From Chiloscyllium plagiosum (lineage: Eukaryota), in NCBI RefSeq assembly GCF_004010195.1, contig NC_057759.1, positions 5,921,019 to 5,973,954 of the forward strand: 52,936 nucleotides of DNA. Reading direction: 5' to 3'. The number at the start of each line of letters is the position of its first letter. Position 1 is the stretch's first letter. A program made the position numbers and the translations under genes. The notes beneath the pieces are model-generated. The model saw nothing but the letters and a program-made list of their open reading frames with translations, was not told the origin of the DNA and searched no databases. Below, in pieces: positions 37,131-51,662 of the stretch.

Positions 37131-37990
37131 ATATAAATGATTAGGAGTTTGGTGTTGAGATTATATTATCTCTAAATTGCAGTTGATACTAACCCAGGGA
37201 GAAGAGTGAATTGTGAAGATGATGCTGAGTGACTTCACAGGAAGATTGACAAGTTTACCAAATGGGCAGAAATCTGGAGATGAATTCCAATGCAGAGAAA
37301 TGTGAGGTCATGCATTTTGCTAACAGAAACACATGGCAACAATGCAGGGTCAATGGTATGTCTTTGAAGGGATCACATGAGCAGAGGGACCTCTGGGTTC
37401 ACGTGTATCATTCTCTGAAGGTGGCCAGGCAAGCTGAAACCTTTGTGAAGAAGGCTGATAGGATCCTTGCCGTTATAAATAGAGGCATTGAGTATAAAGC
37501 TGAGGAGACGATGCTCCACCTCCACAAATCATTGGTCAGACCACATTTGTGTTCAGTTCTGGGCAGTTTATTTAAGAAACTTTAAGCTCTGGAGAGGGTT
37601 CATTGAAGATTTACTGGAATGGTAGCAGGAATAGAGGATTTTACATACAAGGAAGGATTAGTGATATCAGGCTCCTGCTCCTTGGAGCAGAGAAGATTAA
37701 GAGGGGGACTTTATGGAGGTGTTCAAAATTATGAAGAATTTTGACAGGGGAAAGACAAATATTTTGTTACCACTAGTAGGTATGTCAGGAACTAGAGATC
37801 ACAATTTCAAGATTGTCAGCAAGACAGCGAGGAATGAGATGAGGAGAAATATCTTTACTCAGAGTTGTTAGGATTTGGATTGTGCAGCCTGAGATCGTGG
37901 TGGAAGTATGCTTCCATATGAGGTATGAAATGAGAGCTGGATATGTACTGGAAGTGATGAAATTAGAGGGCAATAAAGATCGGGCTAGAA
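37130..37990 (+). mobile_element. CR1 RT C-terminal fragment
   Basis: NAEKCEVMHF, LHLHKSLVRPHL. Confidence 0.85.
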
Positions 37991-38639
37991 AACAATCCTG
38001 CCTTGAATTGTTTCCAGCTCACCACAATTTAAACAAAACATGGAGAGTACATTTAATTCATTGGCTCATCTGCCTGGACTCATTTGCCAGGAGATGAAAT
38101 GGATATCCAAGTTAGGAATGATCAGCATAAAATCTCAAATCTTGGCCACCAACAGTGAGATTGTGCTACAGTGGGAATAGACTGACACACTGAAGGTTGT
38201 GGAAGAGACAATTATGCAGATGGTTTCTCAAGACAAGTCCATCTTTGGAACTGACATCTTGCTGACTGAATTGAGACAAAGCCTAGCCTAGTCGCAGTAA
38301 CGTGACATTGCAATGCCTTCTCTTCCTTGTCCTCCTCATTTGCTGCAAGATAGGATTGCTATTGATCGATTTGTGAACCTTCACAGGCTTTCTTGTACGC
38401 TGTCTCACGATGTCTGTGGAAGGTTGACAAAACGTTTCTCTCTTCATCTTGACCTGGTTCCTCATCCCCTCCTGTATCTGTGTGCCTCAGAGTGGTGTAT
38501 GTGATGCAGGGTCATTGCTGCTCTGCTTGGGCAGCCTGAAAACAGGACAACACAGAAACATAGTAGATAGGAGCAGGACCAAAAGTAGCGTCATTGTGGA
38601 CAGAGGTGGTTGTTATCTAAGAGTACAATGGAAGTTTGA

Positions 38640-39428
38640 TCCAGATGAAGTTTAATTTAGATAAATGTGAGGTGTTGCACTTTGGTAAGACAAACCAGGG
38701 CAGGACTAATACTGTTAATAGTACAAGTCTGGGGAGTGTTTCTGAACAAACAGACCGAGGGGTGCAGGAAGACAGTTCCTTGAATGTGGTGTCACAGCTA
38801 GACACAGTGGTGAAGGCAGCATTTGCCATGCTTCCCTTCACTGGTCAGAGCACTGACGGCAGGAGTTGGGGCATCATGTTACAGCTGTACAGGACGTTGG
38901 TGAGGCCACTTTTAGAATACTGTCTACAATGCTGGTCAACCTGCTGTGGAAAGGATGTTCTCAAGTTGGAAAGGGTACAGAAAAGATTTACAAAGATGTT
39001 ACCACGACTGTAAATTTGAGTTATAACAAGAAGCTGGATAATCTGGGAGCTTTTCTCCCAGTTTTTCAGAGGCAGAGGGATGACCTGAGAGGTTATAAAA
39101 TCACAAGGGGCAGAGATAAGGTAAACAGCTATGGTCTTTTCCAGCTAGGGTAGGGGTGTCCAAAACTAGTGGGCATAGGTTTAAGGTGAGAGCAGAAAGA
39201 TTAAAAAGGGATCCGAGAGGCAAATTTATCACACAGAGGGCAGAGTATATGGAATGAGCCGCCAGAGGAAATGGTAGAGAACATTTCAAAGACTTTTGGA
39301 AAGGTACATGGATAAGAAAGGCTGAGAGCGATATGGGCAAAATGCAGACAAATGGCACAAGTTGAGTTTGGGAAACCTGTTAAGCATGGGTGAGTTGGGC
39401 CAAAGAGCCTGTTTCCATGCTGTATAAC
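38640..39428 (+). mobile_element. CR1 RT C-terminus and 3' UTR
   Basis: KFNLDKCEVLHFG, LYRTLVRPLLEYC. Confidence 0.88.
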
Positions 39429-40029
39429 TCGAAATTTGGATGAGAATAATGAACTTTGCCTGAAAGACAGTGTACAGGAGGAGCTGTGAATATCTGGGGT
39501 CATTATCCAGACCAATTTCTCTTGACAAAGCATGTGATCTCAACAAACCAAAAACTGACCCTGACAAATGTTATTTCTCTGTACTTTGAACAGGATGCAG
39601 TTATCTCTGCCAAAGTGGGAAGTGGATGCAATTCCGAAATGTCCTTGCACCAATCGACTTGCTCAGCCAGAATTTGGAAAGGATTAGGAGTCATGTGCAG
39701 AGCAGACTGGGCGAGGAGGGCAGATTTCATTTCCTGAAGGACCATCACAGACAGGAACAGAAGGCTATTTTGCCTCTCAAGCCTGCTCATCCATTCAATA
39801 GCATCATGGCTGACGCACCATTCCTCACGCTCACTTTCCTGCACTTAACATGTAACCCTCAATTCCCCGACTGATCAAGAATCTACCTTCCCCAATTATA
39901 AACTTGCTCCCTGTCCCCACACACAGCTCTTTGTGGCAAGGAGTTCCAAACACTGAACGTCTGAGAGAAGAAATTCCTCCTCACCTCAGTCTTCAATTTT
40001 GAACCAGATAGTTGTTTGTTCCTGACAAT

Positions 40030-40346
40030 GGGCGGCACGGTGGCACAGTGGTTAGCACTGCTGCCTCACAGTGCCAGAGACCCGGGTTCAATTCCCGCAT
40101 CAGGCGACTGACTGTGTGGAGTTTGCACATTCTCCCCGTGTCTGCGTGGGTTTCCTCCGGGTGCTCCGGTTTTCTCCCACAGTCCAAAGATGTGCAGGTA
40201 AGGTGAATTGGCCATGCTAAATTGCCCGTAGTGTTAGATGCAGGGGTAAATGTAGGGGAATGGGTATGGGTGGGTTGCGCTTCGGCGGGTCGGTGTGGAC
40301 TTGTTGGGCCAAAGGGCCTGTTTACACACTAAGTAATCTAATCTAA
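40030..40346 (+). mobile_element. HE1-like V-SINE, full length
   Basis: A/B boxes, V-domain, aatct tail. Confidence 0.92.
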
Positions 40347-40579
40347 ACAGTCATTATTAGAGTCTTAACTCCAGATCTGTTTGTTTCAAATCAAATTCCA
40401 AGTCCACCACCTGCCACAGCAAGATTCAAATTCACACCTCCAGGACATACATTGGGGAGGTGTAAACATAGGATTTTGCTTCCCCATTATTTCAGAAACT
40501 GAAAATGAATATCAAAATTAATTTCAGAATAAATTTCGTCACATCTTTGTGCTAAACATTAATGTCGCCATAATCCACA

Positions 40580-41050
40580 CAGTGTAGACAGAGACCATTC
40601 AGCCCATCCAGTCTGCCCAAGCCAGTGAAGAGCATCCCAAACAAACCCTGACCCTATCCCCGTAACCCTGCATTAACCATGGCCAATCCCCCGAACCTGC
40701 ACATCATAGAATCCTACAGTGTGGAAGCAGGCCTTTCAGCCCATCGAGTCCATACTGATCCTCTGAATAGCATCCCACCCAGATATACTGCCCTACCCTA
40801 TCCCTCTAAAACTGCATTTGCATTGGCTAATCCTCCTCGCCTGCCTCTCCCTCACACTATGGGCAACTTAGCATGGCCAATCCATCTAAACTCCACATCT
40901 TTGGACTTTGGGAGGAAACCAGAACACCTGGAGAAAACCCAAGCAGAGAAGGGGACAAGGTGCAAACTCCACACAGACAGTCACCAAAGGCTGGAATTGT
41001 TCCTGGGTGCTGTGAGACAGCAATGCTAACCACCCGGCCACTGAGCCACC
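40580..41050 (-). mobile_element. Two adjacent or nested V-SINE copies
   Basis: Two reverse-strand SINE tails (40580, 40705) and one head (~41045). Confidence 0.75.
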
Positions 41051-41074
41051 CAATGTTTTTGCCATTGGTCATAT

Positions 41075-41300
41075 AGGGGTTGGTTTGCTCAGTTGATTCT
41101 GTAGTTGGCTTACAATGTATAGTCACGTTGACAGCTGGTAGTTCAATTGCTGCTCTGGTTGAGATTGCTGTGAATGATCATTCCCTGTGCCTTAGATGTG
41201 GCGACCCTCAGGTTAAACCATAAACAGTTGTTGCTTTTTCTCTCTCTTTCTCTCCCACACCTCTCTCCCTCTCTCTAATGAGACAATGGTGACTTTACAT
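41075..41300 (+). mobile_element. Second tRNA-derived SINE family (another copy ~47475-47660)
   Basis: gctcagttg A-box-like, gttcaatt B-box-like, shared accctcaggtt.aacca core and (ct)n. Confidence 0.5.
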
Positions 41301-41449
41301 TAACTGCCTGCTAAAAACATAACTTTGCTGATTAAAAATTAACGGTCCTCTTTTTCACTACAAAATAATCTATGTGTTTCTTTCCTGATGCACCAGTGGA
41401 GTGAGCTATAAATAAAATACATTTTACTAACGGGACATATCTGAATGAA

Positions 41450-44400
41450 CTGTGAGAGGATGCACAGGGAGATTTACCAGCAGGTTGCCTTGGGGGCTGG
41501 ACAGTCTCAGTGATTGAGGGAGATTGGACAGACTGGGGTTGTTGACCTTACAGCAGAGTGGATTGAAAGAGAGGGATGTATAAAACAATGAGGGGTGAAG
41601 ATAGGAAGGAACTTTCACCCCTTGACAGAGGTGGAGGAGGGGAATAGATTGGAGGTAAGGGCCAGGAGGTTGAGGGGATGTGAGGAAAATCTTGTTCACC
41701 CAGAGGGTGGTGGGAATCTGGAACTCACTGCCTGGAAGGTTGGGAGATGAAACACTCATCACATTGAAGGAGGATTTAGATGTGCATTCGTGACGCCAGG
41801 GCTATGGGGCCAGGTGCTGAGGAAATGGGATTAGAGAATAGTGAGGTGGTTGTTTCTGACCAGCACAGACTTGATGGGCCTTTTCCTTGGCTGTAGATCT
41901 CTCAGAAGTTATGACTAACGCACTTTGTCATGTGTATTCTCCATCCAAGATACCATCCAACTGCAACGTGATTTTGTACATTTCATGTTCAGAGAGGAGG
42001 GGTTTGTCTTCAAAAGAGAGATTGAGTAGTCAAGGCCAATACTCTCTGGAGTTTAGAGGAATGAGAGGAGATCCAACTGAGGGATATAGGACGCTAAAGG
42101 GGGTGGGATTGACAAAGGAGACAGAGAGGATGTTTCCTCATGTTGGACAATTTAGAACGAGAGGGTCATTGTTTCAGGAGAAGAGGGTGGGACAGATTAA
42201 AAACAGATGCTGAGAAATGGCTTCTCTCCAAGGGAGAGAGGGTGGGAATCTCTGGGACTCTCCCCCCCCCCCCCCCTCCCCCCCAGTAATTGGGGGCATG
42301 TCAGGACACTAAATAAATTGAAGGAGGGGACTGACAGATTGTTAATCAGTGAGGAGTTAAAGGGAGTGGGGGCAGGAAATTGGGGCTGAGACTGGGATGA
42401 GATGAGTCACAGCCATACAGAATGGGGATAGCAGGCTCCTGAGATCTCTTCGCCCGTGTGTTGTGTTGGTCGTCCAGCTTGAACACTTCTTTTAGTGTGG
42501 GTGACTCATAGCACATGATCAGAAAGCTCTGAATCTGAGGGACTAATCTGTGCGATGCATCACAATATATTAGTCACTTAGTCCCAAGACCATAAGATAT
42601 AGCAGCCATTCAACCCATCAAGTCTGCTCCAACATTCCATCATGGCTAATATGCCTGTTAATCCCATTCTCCTACCTTCTCTCTGTAACTGTTGATCCTT
42701 CTACTGATAAAGAACCTATCTATCTCTGTCTTAAAGACATCATGACAGCTGTCTGCAGTAATGTTTTCCATTTAGAAAACAGTCTCTGTCTCTGTTCTTC
42801 CTACTAAAGTACATAACTTCCCACTTTCCCACATTGTATTCCATCTGCCATTTCATTGCCCAGTCTCTTCGCCTGTCCAAATCCTTCTGCAGCCTCCCTG
42901 CTTCCTCAACACTACCGGTCCTTCCACCTATCTTTGTATCATCAAAGAAACACTCAGGACAATGAAATAGCAATGCTCCTCATGTGAATGATGCTAGACC
43001 TAAAATGAATGACTCCTTGCCCCAAAGACCATGGCCACTCTCCGACATTAAGCTGTTGTACTGGGGCAAACAACAGATTGATGTCCCAGGGCCTAAAATT
43101 TAGGCATCCCCTCAAAATAAGATGTCAGATAAAGCAATTAGCCATCAGTGTAACATTTCCTCTTCCAATTCACATTGCCCTGTTATTAATTTAGTTGACA
43201 TAGATGAAACATGTCTATGATTTAGATGATTGCAAACACTATCGATTATTAATAAATTCAAATGATGTAAAAAGATTCATGGACCTTCACTCCATGCCAT
43301 GAGCAAGAGAAACATCAGCGATGTTTAAAAGTGACTGGGTTTTTCAGGGTTAAGATAAGTGGAGATTTTCTCCAGTTTTCACTGAACCAGAAAAGTATAT
43401 ATATTGTATCCTGTACCAGCGTTTCTTCGTTTGGAGACGACAAAAACTGAGTACACCAAACTGCTGTCTATTTCGGAGTCATCTGCAATCAAGAAACAAT
43501 AAGCAAAGTGAACTGAAAGGTTAGAGATCAGAATGTTAAAGCAACAGCAAACGATGCCTCAAAATTAAATATGGACTGATAATTAAGGTCACAGCCCCAA
43601 CCCAGCAGGAATACAAACGTAAGCTCTTGGCAATATATCAACCTTTTCAAAGCAGTTCATAAACCAGGTCACTCAATAACATCAAATGGGTATTTTGCAT
43701 CAACATTCACTACAAAGTTGGCATCTCCCCTCCCAGAACAAGCTCACAAAGGGAAGATGGAGGCCCTGGGGTAAATTACATTTTTTTATTATTCACTCAT
43801 GGCACATGGGTATCACCCACTGGACCCAGCATTTATTGCCCAACTCATCCCTACTTGTTCCCTTGAGAAGGTAGAGATGAGCTGCTTCTTACACTGCTGC
43901 AATCCATGTGCTGTAGATATACACACATTGGATGGCAAGTTGTCTTCAACAGTAAACAGTCAGTCTCCAGGTGGCAAACAATCTGTCCCTGCTGAGTTTT
44001 TCCAACAATTTCTGTGTTTCTTTTTATTTCTGACACTCAGTGCCTGAAGAAAGCTAATGAAATACTGGCCTTTGTATCGAGAGGACTGGAGTACAAGGAT
44101 GCAGAAGGGATGCTGCAGTTATACAAACCCCTTGTTAGACCCCATTTGGAGCAGATCTGGGCACCACACCTGAGGAAGGATAGATTGGCCTGGGAGGAAG
44201 TACAGCGTGAGTTTACAAGAATGATACCTGGGCTTCAGGGGTTAAGTTATGTGGAGAGATTACACAAATTAAGCCTGTTCTGTCCAGAATTTACACGGTT
44301 CAGGGATGATCTGATTGAAGATATTAACAGGAAAAGACAGGGTGGATTAGATTGAAAGTGTTTCCACTGTTTGGGGATCCTAGAAATTGGGAGGGCATAG

Positions 44401-45180
44401 CCGGACAACTCGGACCAGACTGTTCAGGAGAGATGTTCGGAAGGACTAAGACGCACGGAGGCTGGGGGAGGTTTGGAACTCTCTTCCACAACAGAAGGCA
44501 TTGCTGGATCAGTTGTTCGTTTTAAATCTGAGAGGTAAGTTTTTTTGTTCAGAAAAGTTTTTAAGGGAAGAAGGACCAAAGGCAGGTCTATGGAGTCAGG
44601 TCACAGATCAGGCATTGAATGGTGAAACAGGCTCAAGGGCCTTCTCCATGGCCGCCTCCTGCTCCTTTATACGAATATTTCACACTAATAAATCATGCAA
44701 CCACTTGCAGTTACAAAGTGGCATTCTCACACAACGGAGCAATTAGTGATTTCAAATAGAAATTGAAAGTCCAAATATTTTATTTTCACACATTCCAGAT
44801 CCCCACCATCTTGTGGGTGAAACAATCCTCAAATCGTTCTCAAAACCTCTTCCCCTTCACTTTAAAATGATGTCCCCCCTTGTTACTGACCCTTCGACTA
44901 AAGGAAACAGCTGCTTCCTGCCCTCCCTGTCCATGTCTCTCATAATAGAGTCAGAGACACTCACCAAGGAATCGGACCCTTCGGTCCAACTCGTCCATGC
45001 CATTCATAATCTCAAACTAAACTAGTCCAACTTGTTTGCACTTGGCCCTTATCTCTTCAACCTTTCCTATTCTTGAACTAATCTAAATGTCTTTTAAACA
45101 TTGTAACTGACCCCTTATCCGCCACTTTCTCTGAAAGTTCAATCCACGCATGAGCCACTCTCCGTCAAAAAATGTTACCC
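41450..45180. mobile_element. Several CR1 fragments in introns of the FCRL-like gene (41450-41900 +, 41990-42440 +, 42590-42945 -, 44040-44670 +, 44780-45180 -)
   Basis: DDTKIGG..WQMEYNVGK, LYKPLVRPHLE, FTQRVV..WNSLP-type motifs. Confidence 0.8.
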
Positions 45181-45185
45181 GTCAT

Positions 45186-46521
45186 GTCATTTTCAAAAAT
45201 GTTTCTCTTCTCAACTGAAAAATATGTCCCGGTCTTTAAGTCCCCCACCCTAGGGAAAAGACACCTGCCATTCACCTCATCTATGCCCATCAAGATTTTA
45301 TAAACTTCTACCCTCCAGTGAAAATAGTCCCAGTCCGTCCAGCCTCTCCTTATAACTCAAACTCTCCATTCCCAACAACATTCTGGAATATCTTTTCTGA
45401 ACCCTCTCCAGCTTAATAATGTCCTTCCTCTAATGGGACAACCAGAACTGGACACAATACACCACAGCAGGCTTCACCAATGTCCTGTACAACCACAACA
45501 TGGTGTCCGAACTCCAACACTCAATGGTCTGTGCAATGAAGGCAAGTGTTCTAAACACGTTCTCAAACACCCTGTCTACCTGTGACACAAACTCCAAAGA
45601 ATTATGGACCTGAACCCCTCGGGTGCTGTGCTCGACAACACTACCAATCTTACACACCTCTGTCATGTCCTACTCCCCTATCAATCTTTTCTGTTGAAAA
45701 TGAAACAACCCAAACTTCCCTCCAACAATTCCAGGAAGAGATTTGTTTTTGCGGATCTTCCCAATCAGATAAATACCAACATGAATGCTGACCAATACGT
45801 GACGGTGTAGGATCAGCAGCTCACAGAATCACACTCACCGTTTAGTCATTTTCAAAAATGTTTCTCTTCTCAACTGAAAAATATGTCCCCTGGTCTTGAA
45901 GTCCCCCACCCTAGGGAAAAGACACCTGCCATTCACCTCATCTATGCCCATCATGATTTCATAAAACTCTATACCTCTCAAACTTCTACTCTCCAGTGAA
46001 AGTAGTCCCAGTCCATCCAGCCTCTCTGTATAACTCAAACTCTCCATTCCCAACAACATTCTGGTATATCTTTTCTGAACCCTCTCCAGCTTAATAATGT
46101 CCTTCCTCTAATGGGGCAACCAGAACTGGACACAATACACCAGGACAGGCTTCACCAATGTCCTGTACAACCACAACATGGTGTCTGAACTCCAAAACTC
46201 AATGGTCTGAGCAATGAAGGCAAGTGTTCTCAACACCTTCTCAAACACCCGGTCTACCTGTGACACAAACTCCAAAGAATTATGGACCTGAACCCCTCGG
46301 GTGCTCTGCTCAACAACACTACCAATCTTACACACCTCTGTCCTGTCCCCTCCCCCATCAACCTTCTCTGTTGTAAAGGAAACAACCCAAACTTCCCTCC
46401 AACACTTCCAGGAAGAGATTTGTTTTTGCGGATTTTCCCAATCAGATCAATTCCAACATGAACACTGACCAATACGTGACGGTGTAGGATCAGCACCTCA
46501 CAGAATCACACTCACCATTTA
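45186..46521. repeat. Tandem duplication of ~660-675 bp (45186-45844, 45845-46521): CR1 fragment plus intron and splice donor
   Basis: Both copies start gtcattttcaaaaatgtttctc and end cagaatcacactcacc.ttta. Confidence 0.92.
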
Positions 46522-46774
46522 ATCGGCTTAGCCCAATCTGTGCATTTGAAACTTCTTGCAGGTCTGTCCTCATTCGTGCCCTCAGCTTGATCTTCAATCG
46601 CCTCCGTTGAAATGAAATATTTCCAGATCATTACCCAACCAAGTTCCAATCCCGCTCGTGACAACAATTTGCTGCTGTTTGCATACAAAAACCCCTGGCA
46701 ATGAGGTCACTGAGCCAAGGTCCCAAGGAATGACCTCCTGGAATTGTCCGGAATGTGGCTCAGAACTTGTACGT

Positions 46775-48742
46775 TCATAGAATCATAAAAGTTTCCTGTA
46801 CGGAAGGAGACCATTCGTGTCTGTACCAGCTCCTGATCGAGCTACCCAGCTAGTCCCAGTATCCAGCCCTATACAATCATCCCTTTCAAATTTATATTCA
46901 GCTCTCTTTTCAAACCTCCTATGCAATCCGCCTCCACCACTCTCCCAAGCAGCACATTCCAAACCCAACAACCTAAATTAGTTTCTCATCTCACTCTCTC
47001 TGACAATCTTGAAATTCTGACCAGCCAGTTACCAACAGACCAATGAGTGGGAAACAATAACTTGCTTTCCTGTCAGAATTGTTCAAACTTTCAATGTCTC
47101 AATAAGGTCAACATTTCGTCTTCTCTGCTCAAAAGTGAATAAGCTCAATCTCTTGAGCCTTTCCCTGAATCTAAAATCCCTCATCGTTGTGATCATTCTC
47201 GTAAATCTCCTTCACACTGTCTCCAGGGTTTGAACATCTTTCCTTAAGAAAAGTGTCCAGAACAGAAGAAAGCCAGCCTGGGTAATAGAAGGCCAACTCC
47301 CTTTATCAAATGTATTTCTAAATTCAGCTACTGTTGCCTGTGAAGGTAAGGTGTTACACACATACAAAGAAATACCCAACAGATCAAAGATGTATCTCCA
47401 TTATAATCTAATATTCTCCATTCAAGACTTGTGCTGTCACCGGAATTGATTTCTGCTCTCTGCTTTGTGTTGGGTGTCAGGTTAGCTCATTTGGCTGGAT
47501 GGCTGGTTTGGAATGTGGAGTAACATCGACAGCGTGGGTTTGAATCTCTCACTGACTGAGGTTACCATGAAGGACTGTCCTCCTCCACTCCTTCCCTTGT
47601 GTGTAACCCTCAGGTTGAACCACTACCTACCAGTTATCACTCTCTCCCTCTCTCTGACACTCCAGCTGAGGTCCACCAGTGTCTTCTACAATTTCAACAT
47701 CACCTCCTTGTTCTCGGACTCTATGCCCCTATTAATAAAGCTGAGGATGCTGTGCATTTCATTAACTGCTCACCCCGTTAAGGCACCTTCACTGATCTGT
47801 GGATATATAACCCCAACTCCCCCTGCTCCTGCACCCCCTTTAGAACTTTACCCCCTACTTTGTATTGTCTTTTCGTTTCTTTCAACCAACATCCTTCACC
47901 AAATTTGTGTAGAATCACTTTTGTCTTTATTTTCCAAAGTTCACGAATTAAAACCTATTTTGTTAAATCAAACTTAATTTTCACCCTCCTAGTAGTTTTG
48001 CTACTAACTAATAATATAACTCCACAAGAACATACAGGCTAGAATCAGGTTGAGTCCATTTGGCCCATCGGGAACCTGCTCCACTATTCCATACGATCGC
48101 AGCTCATCCCATCTCAGCCTCAACCCCACTTTCCAGCAAACACTCCCTTTGACCCATCACTGATTAACAATCTGTCTGTCTCCTCCTCCAATTGATGCAG
48201 TGTCCTGAGTGGTGGGGGTTGGGAGGGGTGATCCCACAGATTTACAACCCTCTCCACATTTGAGAATTCATTCCTCCTTCCCTCTGTTTTCAGGCTGCCC
48301 TTATCCTGAAATGATAGCCTCTTGTTCTAGATTCTCCTACATGGGCAAACATCCTCTCTCCAACTCCTTTGTCAATACTCCCTTTAGCATTTTATAACCT
48401 TCAGTTAGATCTCCTCTCTTACAAACTCCAGAGAAACTGCTCAATCTCTCACCCAAAACAAACCCTTCATCTCTGAAAATGATTGAGTGAATCTTCTCTG
48501 AACTACCTCCTGTATGAACTGCATCTGTCCTCAAGTAAAGAGATCAAAATTGTACCAGTCTCTTCTCATAAGACTAAACTTTCATCTGGGCAATCAATTC
48601 AGTGATCTCCTTTGAACTCCCTCCAATTCAACTACATCCCTCCTCAAGTAAGGGAGCCAAAACTGTCTGCAGTACTCCGGATGTGGAAACCCCAATCCCT
48701 TGTACAGTTGCAGTAACAATTACCTACTTCCATACTCCATTC
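46775..48742 (-). mobile_element. Degenerate CR1 3' fragments
   Basis: Reverse-strand CR1 3' UTR and RT C-terminal motifs (RGDLTEGYKMLKG). Confidence 0.7.
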
Positions 48743-49334
48743 NNNNNNNNNNNNNNNNNNNNNNNNNNNNNNNNNNNNNNNNNNNNNNNNNNNNNNNNNN
48801 NNNNNNNNNNNNNNNNNNNNNNNNNNNNNNNNNNNNNNNNNNNNNNNNNNNNNNNNNNNNNNNNNNNNNNNNNNNNNNNNNNNNNNNNNNNNNNNNNNNN
48901 NNNNNNNNNNNNNNNNNNNNNNNNNNNNNNNNNNNNNNNNNNNNNNNNNNNNNNNNNNNNNNNNNNNNNNNNNNNNNNNNNNNNNNNNNNNNNNNNNNNN
49001 NNNNNNNNNNNNNNNNNNNNNNNNNNNNNNNNNNNNNNNNNNNNNNNNNNNNNNNNNNNNNNNNNNNNNNNNNNNNNNNNNNNNNNNNNNNNNNNNNNNN
49101 NNNNNNNNNNNNNNNNNNNNNNNNNNNNNNNNNNNNNNNNNNNNNNNNNNNNNNNNNNNNNNNNNNNNNNNNNNNNNNNNNNNNNNNNNNNNNNNNNNNN
49201 NNNNNNNNNNNNNNNNNNNNNNNNNNNNNNNNNNNNNNNNNNNNNNNNNNNNNNNNNNNNNNNNNNNNNNNNNNNNNNNNNNNNNNNNNNNNNNNNNNNN
49301 NNNNNNNNNNNNNNNNNNNNNNNNNNNNNNNNNN
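48743..49334. other. Assembly gap (a second gap at 51248-51310)
   Basis: Runs of N. Confidence 1.
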
Positions 49335-50516
49335 GAGTGTGTCGTCAATTTGAACTGTTGTGCTTTAGATTTGCAAACGAGTCAGACACAACAGTTCATT
49401 TGCTCCAATTTGTCTAACAAATATAAAATTGCTGGGTTTGCATCCCAGAGTGATTTACAGCCCATTCAGACAGTGTTTGAATGCTGTTTGAAGTTGCTAA
49501 CCACCTCACTTAACTACCTGTGCCACCGGGAACTGCTCAAAGAATCAGCTGGACAAAATAAGAGAGAAAGAACATTGGAAAGTTTTACTGCAAATATTCA
49601 TCTTCTCCTGCGACCAAATGAATCTGGATTCTTTGACTGATGCGCAAGCAACAGTTATTCCAATTTTAATCTTTAGTTTATATCTGTGCTGACCATTCCT
49701 CTGAACACAGCACATTACTTTGTATGTCTCCCCAAGTCATTTCATCTGCCACTTGTTCAGCCTGCCCACATCCTCATAAAGCATGTTCCCAAATAGTGCT
49801 TTATTTCTTTTTTAATTCACTTGTAGAATGGGAAAATCACTGGCTAGGCCGAGAATTTATTATCCATCCCTTGTTGGCACCTTGAGGAGGAGGTAGTGAG
49901 CTGCCTTCTTGAACCACTGCAGTCCCTGTGCTGTCGGTCGATCCACAATACCATTAGATAGGGAACTACAGGATTTTGACCCAGCGACACTAAATGAATG
50001 GCTGATATATTTCCAAGTTGGGATGGTGAGTGGATCAAAAGGAAACTTGCAAGAAGTGGTATTCTCATGCATCTGCTGTGCTTATCCTTCTAGATGGACC
50101 TGGTTGTCGGTTTGGAAGGTGCTGCCTGAGGAGCTTTGGTGAATTTCTGCAGGGCATCTCGTAGCTGCTACTTAGCGCGGGTGGTGGATGGAGTGGATGT
50201 GGTGCCAATCAAGCAGGGGCTGTGTTGTCCCTGGACGGTGTTCAGCTTCTCAAGTGTGGTCTACAATGTGCACTGCAGACATTACTGAGCAGTGTGTGTG
50301 TGCGCACGTGAAACTATGCGTAAGTGTAATGAAAATGTGTGTGTGTGTGTCTCTCTCTCTCACTCACACACAGAGATGTACACTTTCATACTCTCCCTCA
50401 AACGTACTCACACACAGTCTCTCATACGCACACTATGAGGGCAACATCAGTTTAAAACCTACATCAAGTGCCAACTGGAGAACGATCACCGGAATTACCT
50501 GGAGTGTCTCACTCAC

Positions 50517-50639
50517 CTGGTTTCCAATCCCCGAGTTTAATAGGAAGCAATGTGAGGAGAGAAAGGATCAGAAACAGTGGGACAATGAGTACTGCCATCT
50601 CGGTGCTGCATGCCTGTGCTGGATTCAGAGAGGGATTTC
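50517..50639 (-). pseudogene. Transmembrane exon of the FCRL-like gene (123 nt, phase 1-1)
   Basis: cag|GA AAT...CCA G|gtgagt; NPSLNPAQACSTEMAVLIVPLFLILSLLTLLPIKLGDWKP. Confidence 0.8.
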
Positions 50640-51662
50640 CTGTCAATAACATCATCCCTTCAGCAAACACCAACCCCAGTGTTCCCTGTCGCACTGACCC
50701 CCTGCGAACACTAGTTCGTTTGGAGGGAAACCCTCGAGTCTGAAAATTCCCTCCAAACCCTCACCGTTGCAGTAGCATCATTGTTTCTGTGCAGCCTGTC
50801 TCATTAACAATATCCCACCAATCCAACCCAAACTATTTGATGCTAAACTCAAAAGATCGCTCTGCACCAACTCTCTCTAAATTGTCAACTAGAAATTACT
50901 GTCCCTCATTTTCACGGCCTGCATATATCGAGGCAAAACTTGCCTTGTCCTCCACCAGTTGGCGGCAACTGGGCCATTCACAGAGAAACATCAAAACTAT
51001 CATCAGGAGGAGGCCATTCGGCCCCTCTAGTCTGCTCTGCCGATTCAAAGGGATCATGGCTGATTACCCAACACAGTCCCTTGTCTCCCCACACTCTCCC
51101 TTTAGCCCCAAAGAACTCAATCCAACTCCTTCCTGAACAACATTCAGTATTCTGGCCCTGACTGCTTTCTGTGACACAGAATTCCACAGGCTCCCCACTC
51201 TCTGGGTAAAGACATTTCTCCCCATCTCAGTCCCACTCCATTTCCTTNNNNNNNNNNNNNNNNNNNNNNNNNNNNNNNNNNNNNNNNNNNNNNNNNNNNN
51301 NNNNNNNNNNCATCCCAGGAATCATTCTGGGAAACCTTCGCTGCACCCCCTCCATAGGCACAATATCCTTCCTCAAATAAGGAAACCCCAAACTGCTCTC
51401 AGTTCCCCAGGGTGTGGTCTCACCGTGTCCAATTGTAGCGAGACATTGCTTCACTTGGACTTGAATCCTCTTGCTATGAAGGCCTCCCTTATAAGAGAAA
51501 GGATATTACTCTCTCTCTCTCTATCTTTCTCCCTCCATCCTCCCCCCCTACAGATGCTGCCGACCTGCTGAGTTTCTGAAGCAATTTTTTAGTGTTCATG
51601 TCAAGACTTCAGCTGGATTCCAGTGAAGAACGTGCACAGATCAAAGATGAAGAATAAATTAC

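Noticed and set aside
42435..42548. Open minus-strand peptide LVPQIQSFLIMCYESPTLKEVFKLDD within the FCRL-like gene
   Set aside because: Could be another decayed tail exon, but the phase does not fit and the donor is lost to a CR1, so it was left out of the model.
48602..49417. Longest ORFs in the track (217-271 aa)
   Set aside because: Artefacts of translating through the N gap.
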